Positions 52,754 to 64,000 of a DNA stretch of 64,000 nucleotides are shown here, one piece after another. Location of the stretch: assembly GCA_951406725.2 (NCBI GenBank), contig OX597816.1, positions 49,538,001 to 49,602,000 on the forward strand, written 5' to 3'. Each line of letters opens with the position of its first letter. The first letter of the stretch is position 1. A program made the translations under genes and the position numbers. The stretch is from Octopus vulgaris. Its lineage: Eukaryota. The notes below the pieces were generated by a model. That model searched no databases. It was not told where the DNA came from and saw nothing but the letters and a program-made list of their open reading frames with translations.

Positions 52754-53775
52754 TCTATATATATAAAACTGAGAATGTGTGTCTGTCTGTGTGTTTCCCT
52801 AAAACTTGAGAACTACGCAACCAATTTCATTCAAATTTTACACATGCCTTACTTAGGGTCCGAGGAGTGTCATCGGCAAAAAAAATGTTCAACTTCTTGC
52901 CTAGAGCGAGCCCAGAGCAATATCATATCTTCTCCACTATTTCAGTATTACGTGTTAAAAGTGAAACAAAAACATTTCTCTATTTTATGTCAGATACTTT
53001 CACTTTAACAATAAAAATAATAATAACAATTGAATTATATGTAGTAAGTAATAATTAAAATCAAACTAAAGTATGATATAATCGTAACATAACAAAAGTA
53101 AAAATAGCAGCTGGTATAAAATTGCATCAATGACTTGAACTTGAATAAGAGGTTTCACATGAATGGGAATACATTTAAAATAAAATTAGCGTGCAGAAAT
53201 GGAATAGTCCAGATGGATAAAGAAAAATTAAATTAAAGAAAAGATTATTGTCTATAAATTATACAATGTAGAGAAAAAAGATTTGAACACATGGAGGAAA
53301 GCACCTTCGAAAAGTGTCTTGGCACGACTATGAAAGATATCTAATTAAAGGTGGTAAATTCGCCACAATAGAAGCAAGGTTCGAGTCAACGGAGCGTGCA
53401 AGGGAGTACTCGACTCGATCTTGCAATGTGGAAATATTTTATTTTTACCTTTGTATCTGGGACGTAGGACGTCCCGGAAAAAAATTTTAAATGCACCCCT
53501 CCAGAGGTACAGGTTGGCTGGATTGTAGCCACGCTTCTAAACAAGAGGGAGGACAAGATACAATTGATCAAAATTACAAGAGACGGGCTAACAATTCCAG
53601 TGTGTTATATATTTTGAATATTGTTATCACTAGCGATATCAAGATATAACTTTGTATTTTGTATTTTATGTGTAGATGTATATATATAGATGTACATGTA
53701 ATACGTACACATATATATACACATATATACATACAGTAGCACTATGACCCGGCAACGACGGGTCTTTAATGCTAG
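52754..53775 (+). mobile_element. Non-autonomous Helitron with a captured L1/Tx1 ORF1 fragment
   Basis: a|TCtatatatataaaa 5' end; gacccg-gcaacga-cgggtc hairpin at 53746-53764; CTAG|t 3' end; inserted between A and T with no TSD. Confidence 0.85.
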
Positions 53776-53833
<58 letters not shown>

Positions 53834-55288
53834 ATTTTATTTATAAATAATGTACTGAATTTAATATTCTATGAAGATCTTCAGTTAGTATTCGTAAACC
53901 TACTCTTGTAATATATTCATATATTTTCGTTATATATCATTTTTCTCATTAGCATAGTAAAATTTTTGTCTATAGACGTGGGAAATTTATCTTTACTGAA
54001 TATTAAGTAAAATCTCTTCTGTTGACATAGTGACGGGTTATATATTTTAGAAACGAATTTGTAAATATTTTGTAACTACACCTCTGCAGATCAATTTATT
54101 TTCGGAATTCCTAAGCAATTCACTAAAACTTCGTTGAATACACAAGCGCTAAATATATTCGTCGACCATTCCAATAATTGCTTCACGAACTATATTGAAT
54201 AATGATTTTGAACATAACATTATTAATTTGCATATATTACCACGACTGGACCAAATCTCAAATCTCTGACAACGTAAATGTGTTTCAGAGTGTAGTATAT
54301 ATTCTGGATATGCCTGCTGTACAGAGCGTTGAAGTACTGATTCCTCAAAAGGTCATACATCTCTACTGATTGAAGATCAGAATGTAAGCTAACGAAAGTG
54401 TAAGCTTTTGTGATTTTGTAAAATTTCGATTTTAACTTGTTATAGATAAGTAAGTGATCAGGAAATTCCCTTATATTAAACTTCTATGTCGCCCTGTACA
54501 CATGGATATGTAAGTTTTGCGATGCTAGATATATTCACACTCACACATCAAATCATAACAATTATACAGATAGTTCATTTGAGTTTGGCAAAATATGCAA
54601 AAATCTTCTATTGGACTTTAATCAATTTAATGGAATATGCGTTCACTCCGTAAATTTGTAGATCTGTGCCGCAGTAGAAATCATAAAACCATTGAAAGCT
54701 GTACACATACGCGCACTCCTTAAAACTACTTCCTATCTCTTACTCTTCCTAACAACTAGTATATACAAACTTGCACATACGCTCATACATACTCACATGC
54801 GTGCGTATCGCCCACACCCACTGGATTAAAAACTTCAAAGTCTTATATTAATGTAAGGATGATCCTGGATCTGTTACTGTCTCTTTATAAATAGCAAGGT
54901 CAATGAGCTTGGTGCAGATATTCGAGATATTAGTTCCCGTATTAAAAATTGTTAATCTTTAAAATTATACATCAATAGTCGGGTGATCATCTTTTAACTT
55001 CCACACACATGTTTGTGTAGTTTGAAGGGCATTGTGCTGGTTTTAAAATATCTGTTCCATAATTTCTCATCTCCATTGAAGAAAGTTCTGTTGAAAAAAG
55101 AGACATTGATGTCCACTAATATTTTTACATCTAGTTTTGTGTTCTCATGCATACTTTATAATTGCTTCTTGTCGGAAGTGTACAGTAAACAAGGCATGAT
55201 CTACCGTACTTAAATGCCCAATATAACAGTTCTATACTGTTTCTTTTCTTTCAAGTTGATATGTTTTGTTTTATCTTTCCTTTTTTTT

Positions 55289-55640
55289 ATTTCAGTAATT
55301 ACTTTGCGGCCATGCTGGGACACCACCTTGAAGGGTTTTGGTTTAAATCGAGCCCAGGACCTATTCTTTTTTTAGTCTCATACTTATTCTATCGTCTCTC
55401 TAGCCCCACCGCTAAGTTACAGGGACGTAAACACACCAACAGTAGCTTCAAACGGTGTGGTGGGGGACGAAGACATCCACAATGACACCCTCTACACACA
55501 CAAACGTATACGACAGGCTTCTTTCAGCTTCTGCTAAACAAATCCACTCACAAGGTATTGGTCGGCCTGAGGCTATAGTAGAAGACACGTGTCCAAGTTG
55601 CGACGGAGTGAGCGTGAACCCAGTACAATGTGACTGAAAG
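55289..55640 (-). mobile_element. Degenerate family B SINE
   Basis: tgcggccatgctgg..ccgctaagttacagggacgtaaacacacc..aaatccactcacaagg..ggctatagtagaagacac. Confidence 0.85.
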
Positions 55641-56044
55641 CAAGAATCTTATTGCTGAAACCAGTTTGGTATGTTTGTAAATAATTCTAGTTAAAAACAA
55701 CTACACGTTTTTCAAATTCAGATGCTTTTTCTAGCCTCAAAACAAATTCTCATATGTGTGTGCATGTGTGTGTGTGATCCTTAGTGTTTGCGTGTGTACA
55801 TGGCGCAGGCTGCTCATATGCCATCGTACATATGGCGGACACATTAATATGCGAATCTAGTAAAATAGTGACACGCTATTAATACTTTCGTACACACAGT
55901 GACACACACTTATACGTAACCATGGACACATATATAGTGATTCGTACGAGAAATCTGGCAGTATTCCCCAACGCTGACTTCATACACTCAGTGTTCTCTC
56001 CACTCACTCATTCTCTCTATCTCTATCCCTGCATGTATATATAA

Positions 56045-56103
<59 letters not shown>

Positions 56104-56921
56104 TATATATGAAAATTTTGAGGTTTGAAAATGCACAGGAATTTGAAAAACGTGTAGTTATTTTTAAGTAGAATAATTTACATACACACCAAACTAGTTT
56201 TAACAATTTTCTAAAAAAGTTGGGGAGTGGGGAGAAAGAGAGGTACTCACATAGTATTATGAATGAGTAGATATGTGCGTGCATGTACATATAATTATGA
56301 TATATGAAGCCAGATCTACAAACTTGTGTGCCTATGTGTATATGTAAATAAAGACAAGTGAAAGCCATAATCATTGTTTTGATGTGATTTATGTAAAGAT
56401 TTATTGGAGGAAGTATAGTTTGCATACATCCGAATAATGTTTATTTCAGGTTTTCGAGAATTTTTTGAACAAATACTTGATGGTAGAATAAAAGCGAATA
56501 CCTGTAATATGAACTCCAAGACAGAGAGTAAGTAATCCGTCTTAAATTTGAGAATAACAATGTGGGTGATTTTTAAAAAAAAAGGAAAATACGCTATAAT
56601 TTGTTGTTTTTTTTTCTGAGTAAACAAAGTAAAACAACACGTAAGATTTAATACATATTCCGCAACCTTTAGTAAATTTATTCAGTGAAATCAGGAAAAG
56701 TACAATATGTTAGTATCACTGATACCGCTTTGGAAACTATACGACTAGCTTTGGGGATAGTAATGCAAATACGAAGAGCAAAAAAAAGAAAAAAACAATT
56801 TAAGATCAATACAACCTGAATAACACACGGATTTAAAATGCAAAGCTCATAAAAACTTGAAAGTTATATTTTATCCTCCAAAATTAAATTGCATATTTGA
56901 GACATAGTTAATATGTGTACG

Positions 56922-56958
<37 letters not shown>

Positions 56959-56969
56959 ATGTATGTATG

Positions 56970-57042
<73 letters not shown>

Positions 57043-57047
57043 ATATA

Positions 57048-57083
<36 letters not shown>

Positions 57084-57149
57084 TGTATGTATGTGTGTGT
57101 GTGTAACTCTATATGTGTGTGTGTATTAGTCCACATTACTGCGTAAGAA

Positions 57150-58345
57150 GCATAGGGTCCCGAACATGCCAGTGTATTTGATCTCGGGTTACCTCCTTTT
57201 CAGGCCAACAGAGACGGACTGCTTTCGGTTTATCCCTCATTCTTCTTTGCCATGTCTACTTAGGTAATCCAGCTTTCCTTTTTCCTTCATTTTGCCAGTC
57301 TTGCACTTGTATTGCAATGTAACCCGTGATCAGAAAAGCTCTACTTCGTTTTCAGAATTTCTTGTTTGATTTTAGCTTTTGTTGACGCAGATCCGCAGCT
57401 TACACTTTCTAACTTTGATGAGCTTCCAAGTTTCTGACTCGTAAAGAAGAACGGCCTTTACGTTGGAATTGAGGATGTAAAGGTTTGTTTTTTGCGAGAT
57501 AGCTTTGGAGCTCCAGATTGGTCGAAATCTGTTGAAAGTATACGACGTCTTGCTGATCCTGCACACCACGTTCTCCTCTGTTTCATTCGTCGTTGAGATT
57601 TTGCTGTTACAGAAACTTTTCGCTTTCCGGAAGGTCTTCAAAGTGTTCATGGTGACAGGTGTTCAGCCTGAAAACTCCCGTCTTGTTCTAGTTCGTTTGG
57701 AGGCCCGTTTTCATTGCCTCTTCAACCAACTTCAGGACCTTGGCTGCTTCTCCTGGTGGTTGTATGATAGCAGTTTTATATCACCTGCACAACAGAGATT
57801 TTCCAGTTGCTTCAGAGTTGTCCTAACATCACTTACTTATGTTATCTAATTCAGTCGATAACTATTAATGTTATACCAAATTTAAACCCCTAGCGGTTAT
57901 TTAAAAAAAAAATTAATTCTCTATGAAATTTGTGATAAATTGATCCAGTCGATAACTAGCAAAATATCATTCGTTGCAGAAGGCAACCTTGCCTTGCGCT
58001 AATTAGAACTGTGAAAGAATCTGTTATTTTGCAATTGTGGATGGCCTGGGATGCAGCATATTTATAAAGCAATTAGATGATGCTGATAATTTTGCGGGAG
58101 ATACCGTAATGCAGCATTAGACCCCTGATTACCCCCTTGTCCCTGATATCGAAGGCCTTTCTCGAAATCAACGAAGGCGGTGAAAAGCAGGCCTGCCGCA
58201 ACTGACTGCTCGATGATCATGCACAAGGAGGCTATATGGATTGTGCAGAACTTATCTTGCGGAATCCTGTTTGCTTAGGCCTCAGTTTATCATCTAACGC
58301 TCTCTTGTACCTCTCCAGTATAAATCTGGCCAGCAAACTACTGGG
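57150..58345 (-). pseudogene. RTE-clade LINE reverse-transcriptase remnant
   Basis: IPSSLLARFILER..LDDKLRPKQTGFR; VDFEKAF-like; RQGCLL; RISK..FNRFRPIWSSKAISQKT..NSNVKAVLLYESETWKL. Many disruptions. Confidence 0.85.
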
Positions 58346-58356
58346 GATGTGCAGTA

Positions 58357-58398
<42 letters not shown>

Positions 58399-58401
<3 letters not shown>

Positions 58402-58560
58402 GAGTAAACACATAAATGTGAAACAAGGTGGAAAAAAGAGTACTCAAATACCAGTGGTAGAGTAATATGCTTTATTTTAAGCAGCAGAAAATTCAACAAA
58501 ATCTGTTACTCTGAGTTTCTCGTTGCCGTTCATCACACAGTTTTTGCTAGAATGGAACTT
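58399..58560 (-). mobile_element. Penelope-like pLTR fragment with a minimal hammerhead motif, next to (TA)n
   Basis: Minus strand 58503-58540: ctgt GTGATGA acg gcaa cga GAAA ctcagaGTA acag (stem I ctgt/acag; position 3 is G, so probably inactive). Confidence 0.6.
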
Positions 58561-58767
58561 ATATATTAATTCAATCTATACTCTTACAAACGCTACACCT
58601 TTAAAAAGAAATGGACTTGTTTGATTGGCCCTCTAGAAAAAACGGTCAATCTTCGAGCGATAAACAAAAAGTATATATACATATATATATATATACATAT
58701 ATACACATACATACAACCATTCACACATGCAGATATATATATTTAAAGAGAGGAAAATTTTATAAAT

Positions 58768-59085
58768 CTTTAACTTGTTTCAGTCAATCGACTCCAGAAC
58801 TAAGAACTAATTTTTTAAGTCTGATACTTATTCTATGAGAATTTTTGCCGAACCGCTAAATTACAGGGACGTTAACACACCAACAGCAGTTGTCAAGCGG
58901 CGAAGGAAGAAGAATCAGACAAAAAGACACGCATATACAATGGGCTTCTTAACCAAATCCACTTACAAGGCTTTGGTCGGCCTGAGGCCATAGTAGAACA
59001 CAATTGCCGAAAGTGCCATGCAGTAAGACTGACTCTCGAACTATCTGACTGCGAAACAAACTCCTTACCATCCAGCCACGTCTGC
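58768..59085 (-). mobile_element. Degenerate family B SINE
   Basis: acttgtttcagtca..tttgccgaaccgctaa.ttac..aaatccacttacaaggctttggtcggcc..cagccac. Confidence 0.85.
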
Positions 59086-59795
59086 ACCTATCCAAAATCA
59101 CTAGCATGTTATTATTGTTTCTTACAGACGCATTCAAACGTTTAACTGACAAAGATCTGTATTATTAGTTTAACCCTCCGGGCGCTGTTACTACAGCTTT
59201 CTCTGTTTATATTTGACATATCTGAAAAGAAATCTTTTGCTTTGATGAAATGCAACCCAGCATTACATCCTTCCACTTCAATAACGTTCAGCATAGCATA
59301 GGTGTTGTTCACACGATTATTTGGATCTAAGTGACTCTGGTCATTGACACTATATTTGAAAAATCCATAAATATAGTAGTATGTAAAATAGTTTAGCTTT
59401 TGTCGTGTTTCACAGTGAGATTTCCAGCTGCTTGATCGTATATATATTTTCAGGGACATACATATTAAATTACGAATTAAGAGCAGTTCTAGCTATGTAA
59501 AGCACCATCGGTCGCACAATCTCACAGTCTCACACAAAAACTGCATGTGTTTGGTTTAAACACTTAGTTAACGCTGCAGATTGTTCAGGGAAAGCTCACC
59601 TCCCTACACGACGACCAGTGATCTCAGTATATTACTTTAGTGTGTGTTGTCTTACCTTGTGTGGGACACCCGGTGTTCTTTAACACTCGGTGTCTTTTAG
59701 GTGAGCGTTCCCTGAAAGGTATTCCATTGCGAATAGGTATTTAAACAAAGCACATACACTATGAATGTGTGGCCGATAATGTGTGTGTGTATGTA

Positions 59796-59874
<79 letters not shown>

Positions 59875-60053
59875 ATTTATCTATCATTTAAATTCATTTA
59901 TAGTAACGTTAAGGGTATGCAAATAAATCTCCGATTTCATTATACAGGCTACCGTCTATTCATACTGACTTGTGAGTCAGATTTTCGGGGCTGCATCATG
60001 GTTATACCAATATGATATAAATATAAAAATAACAATAATAACAATTACACCAG

Positions 60054-60396
60054 GATAATGCTAATAATATGGATTGACTATCCAACTTCCGCAGAAAAAG
60101 CTGTCGATGGCGAGCCATTTGACTCAAACTCACATTCCTGTGATAACGCGTCAAGTGCTTTACCATTATGCTAATTTGCCTACCGACAACTTCATCTGCA
60201 ACTTTAGGATATATAAATCTAGCTTTATAAGGTGCTATCGTACGTTAAATTTGTCGCTGGGCAGTTTAGCTTAATGGTAAAGCACTTGACGCGTAATCAC
60301 AGTGAGGTGAGTTCGAGTTTCATGTCTCACCGCCGACAGATTTTTCTACAAGATATGGATAGTTTATCCTGTTCATGCTATATTATTAGCGTTATC
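60054..60396. repeat. Imperfect palindrome whose arms are divergent tRNA-like units
   Basis: 60054-60189 is the approximate reverse complement of 60251-60396; the core aatggtaaagcacttgacgcgt is exact; 61-bp spacer. Confidence 0.85.
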
Positions 60397-62057
60397 GGCG
60401 AGACAGCATGTCAGTGCCTTGACAGTTTTTCGCGAACAGGTAATGCCGCACGGATGCACTGCCAAGCCAGGGATTTCTGGTAAGTATCCAGGTACCCCGG
60501 CTCGAAAGTTCTCCTGAACAGGACGATCAACTGATTTTCATCGTAACCTAGGGTCTCCCCCAAGGCGTCTTCGACATAAATTCCACTAACCCGCTATAAA
60601 AGTCCACGGCGTTACTCCTGTTGCCGGCATTGCCCGCCCGAGAAAGTAGCTGAATTACCTGACGACAGTCCAATTGCCAGCCCCCCAGCCTATGTCTCTG
60701 CTTGATCCAGTTACCAATGTCCATTAAGGAGTTAACTGTGGAAGGTAGAACCGGACGTGCGGTGACCACACCTGTTCTCCTTACAGGTAAAACCAGAGGT
60801 GCCTCAACCTTAACGCGAGTTTTCGCATCCTCAGCCAAGGCATCCCTAGTCCACCCTTTAGCAGTTTCTGGCAGTAGAGAGAGCGCTTCACAAGTGGCTT
60901 TCCTCCTTTCCACAAAAAGCGGAAAAGGATTCTCTCCAACTTGTTCGTCCACAAATAGGGGCAAGGAACCACGGTCAGGTGGTAGGTGATAACCGACGCT
61001 ATAAACACCTGCACCATCACCGCCTTTCCCAGCAAGTACAACGCCCTCCTAGAGCAGTCACATTGCTGGCTACCTCACTCCAAGTTTTCTCTATCTGGAG
61101 GTCTGGCTCCAAGCAGACTCCAAATCAGACTCCAAGCAGCTTAACAGGACCTTCCGTCCAACGCACCACGACGTTATTAGACGGCATCAGTTTCCCCCTC
61201 CAGGTGCCGAGTTGCAAACCGACCGACTTGTCCTTGTTAACCTTTGCTCCTGCCACCGCCTCTTCCACCACTGGAAGCTGGCCCTCATCCGCCACGATGA
61301 TGGAGATGTCATGCGCATACGCCGTAGCTCCTCTTCCACAATAGATCATGCGGTGTGCCCCCTAGTGCCTCCAATTTCCGCAGCAAAGGCTCAAGATCCA
61401 ACACATACAAAAGCGTAGACAAGGGACACCCCTGACGCACTGAGCGCTCGATCCTTCACTTTTATGATAGAGTCGATGTCGCTATACAACGCAGCAATCC
61501 AACCGCGGAAGGTCGAGCCCAGGCCAGCCTTTTCGAGGAGCCGCCAAGTACCGATGGTCGAATCTATCAAATGCCTTAGACTGGTCTAAATGTACCAGTG
61601 CCTCCCTACGCCAGAAAGCTTCCCCACCCTCTCTAAGTAGTTATACAAGAGGGCGGCCATCACCTCCCTTACATCAACTTCAGGTGGCACTTCTGTCACT
61701 CTTACTCGAGCATATCGTCTCCCTATGTAGGTTAGCAGAAGTAACAACTCCTTCGTTTTCAGCGGACTCGCTACATACTTTATGTCTTCCCATATGGGAG
61801 CCAGACATTTTTCAATTTTGTACTGCTCAAAGTGATTAAATTTCTTTGTTGAAGGACAGTATGTTTTAAAAACAACTGTCCTTTTCAATTTTTCAACATT
61901 AGATGAGAGCTTTTCCTTTGATAGTCCGACGTTCTCAGCAGCCACCGCGGTAACTGCTGAAAATTTCTTAACTGGCTTTTCCAGTGAAGTTTTCTATGAA
62001 ATTATTTCGACCGACATATTCGTTCGAAATAAATTTATACACAATTTAATCCCAGAG

Positions 62058-62308
62058 AACGGGAAACCTATAATATTTTTTTTTCTTTTCCTCACAACAA
62101 GGACAACAGTACAAATCTCACCCCCGCCGGTGGCGGGGTGCCACAATAAAGCCTACAACGGCCAAAATTAAATTTTTCACACAATAATAAATTGATTATC
62201 CTCCCACCAAACGGGAAACCTATAATATTTTTTCCTCTTAATAAGGATAACAGTTCAAATCCCACCCACGCTGGGGGAGGGGACACGACAATAAAGCCTA
62301 CAACGGCT
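62058..62308. repeat. Two about 152-bp tandem units in the presumed LINE 5' UTR
   Basis: aacgggaaacctataatatttttt..acaataaagcctacaacggc at 62058-62162 and 62210-62308. Confidence 0.85.
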
Positions 62309-62440
62309 TTAACAAGTTCAATATTTCAACAATTCACAACTGCAAAAATGGCTTTACACAAACAATTACTTTCTCCCGTCACCGGGGAAAAGGACAAAAA
62401 TTTTCAAAGTTTAACAGTTCAACAATGTTCAACAATTCGA

Positions 62441-62880
62441 GGATCTTTTCGGTTTGAACGGCATTTTTTCTAGCGGTGTCATATGAAATTGTCACCCATA
62501 ATTATGACCCTAGTATCGATCGATTGCATTTCAATCTGTTTTAGGGTTGGGGTTAGTTAAGGTTAGGGTTAGTTAAGGTTAGGGTTAGGGGTGGGAGGAA
62601 GGAAGGGTATCTTTTTTCTTCAGAAATGTAAATAAACCCAATCTGTTTCTTAAATGAGGGACATATTCATACGGCACAGAATGTTTTCACCTCATATACA
62701 AGTCGTTGATTGGTTGAAATTGCCAAAATTGAAGAAAATATGTTACAAACTATAGAATTTTCTCAATAAAGCCAAGAGAAAAAGATGTTTTATAAACACA
62801 TTCTACCAATATACGAAGTTTAAAATTTTTTAGTTACCTAGAAATTATGTTAAAAACTGCCGTTCAAACCGAAAAGATCC
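62441..62880. mobile_element. 440-bp MITE with 23-bp perfect TIRs and an 8-bp TSD (Merlin-like), containing TTAGGG-like repeats
   Basis: ggatcttttcggtttgaacggca / tgccgttcaaaccgaaaagatcc; flanks caattcga / caatacga (7/8). GG termini with an 8-bp TSD fit the Merlin superfamily. Confidence 0.88.
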
Positions 62881-63037
62881 CAATACGAAAATTTTCAACA
62901 ATAAACAGTCAACAATTTCAACAGAAAAAATAATCCAAGGTTCAACAAAACGTTCGACTTACCGCCAAAAAAACACGTCTGACTACGAGACAGGTAAGGG
63001 AGCTACTTTATTTTATTAAATTTGCCATAAAGGTAGT

Positions 63038-63416
63038 TGGTACTCCGTCGGTTACGACGACGGGGGTTCCTGTTGAACCGATCAACGGAACAGCCTGCTC
63101 GTGAAATTAATGTGCAAGTGGCTGAGCACTCCACAGACACGTGTACCCTTAAAGTAGTTCTCGGGGAGATTCAGCGTGACACAGAATGTGACAAGGCTGG
63201 CCCCTTTGAAATAAAGGTACAACAGAAACAGGAAGAAAGAGTGAGAGAAAGTTGTGGTGAAAGAGTACAGCAGGGTTCGCCACCACCCCCTGCCGGAGCG
63301 TCGTGGAGCTTTAGGTGTTTTCGCTCAATAAACACTCACAACGCCCGGTCTGGGAATCGAAACCGCGATCCTATGACTGCGAGTCTGCTGCCCTAACCAC
63401 TGGGCCATTGCGCATC
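63038..63416 (-). mobile_element. Full-length family C SINE with a 13-bp TSD
   Basis: Reverse complement of 48636-49000; flanks ccataaaggtagt (63025-63037) / ccataaaggcagt (63417-63429). Confidence 0.92.
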
Positions 63417-63662
63417 CCATAAAGGCAGTACATAGAGTAAAATAGCTTGTGGGCTGGACACGGACATTAATAAGATGAATGATAATGATACAAGGATGAT
63501 AAGGATGGGAAAAGACAAAAAGCGCCTGCCGACTTTTGCTTCTCTAAAACACTGTTCTTTTTAAAAAGCACTGAATGAGGTATTAACACTTACAATTTTA
63601 CAATTATTCCAATTTATGGACTAAAAAGTCCATTACAAATAAAAACAATTTAACACACATAA

Positions 63663-64000
63663 TCTCTCTATATATAAAGCTGAAGTTGTTTGTGTGTGGC
63701 AAGTTTGGTAGCCTTCAACTAACATTATCTCCTCCAAAACTCCCCGGCGCAAGTTGACCAAAATTGAGAGTATGATAGAAGAAGGATTGTTCTTCAAATC
63801 GGTCCATGTTAACGCTAAAAATTATTTACATCCAAAAGGTGCTTTTTTTCTATGAAAATCCCTATTTTTTACGATCTTTTGACTGCTGTTTCGCCATTTT
63901 TCGGTGTATTTCAACCAGAAGAATGTTCACTTAAAGAGAATAACAAACTACATAATGCAACATTTTTACTTTTCAAAAATTCCAATTCTAAAGGGTTGAA
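63663..64000 (+). mobile_element. Probable 5' part of another non-autonomous Helitron, running off the window
   Basis: a|TCtctctatatataaagctg followed by (TG)n and accaaaatt, the same layout as the Helitron starts at 52754 and 33779. The 3' end is not in the window. Confidence 0.55.

Larger units (their letters stand above)
60400..63005 (-). mobile_element. Internally deleted, decayed L1/Tx1-clade LINE (5' UTR, ORF1 N-terminus, RT)
   Basis: RT motifs DQSKAFDR, SVRQGCPLS.LLY, AYAHD (decayed YADD), GAKVNKDKS, VKLLGV, FRFLWKG..KGGLG at about 60780-61590. ORF1-like 61640-61945. The 5' boundary is approximate. Confidence 0.8.

Overview
AT-rich, microsatellite-dense eukaryotic DNA with no convincing host protein-coding exon. 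Nearly all short ORFs in the track are translations of microsatellites or transposon debris. The repeat content (three tRNA-derived SINE families, one with a CORE-like segment) resembles what I recall for octopus genomes; this is inference. The only long ORF (20036-22150, plus a -1-frame tail to 22419) belongs to a young, 5'-truncated R4/Dong-clade non-LTR retrotransposon (RT, CCHC zinc knuckle, restriction-like endonuclease) sitting in a (TAA)n array. A 608-bp copy with no difference I could see lies inverted at 1404-2011, and an old relative lies at about 22850-23340. The window also holds RTE and L1/Tx1 LINE remnants, non-autonomous Helitrons, MITEs and Penelope-like pLTR fragments. The most interesting observations are: (i) a Penelope-type pLTR unit with a minimal hammerhead ribozyme carrying a compensatory U3-A8 core pair; (ii) a palindromic pair of divergent tRNA-like Pol III units; (iii) the same frameshift, on an A_AAA_AAT heptamer, splitting the endonuclease active site in both young R4/Dong copies; (iv) a Helitron carrying a captured L1/Tx1 ORF1 fragment. 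All alignments were made by eye, so boundaries of degenerate elements are approximate.
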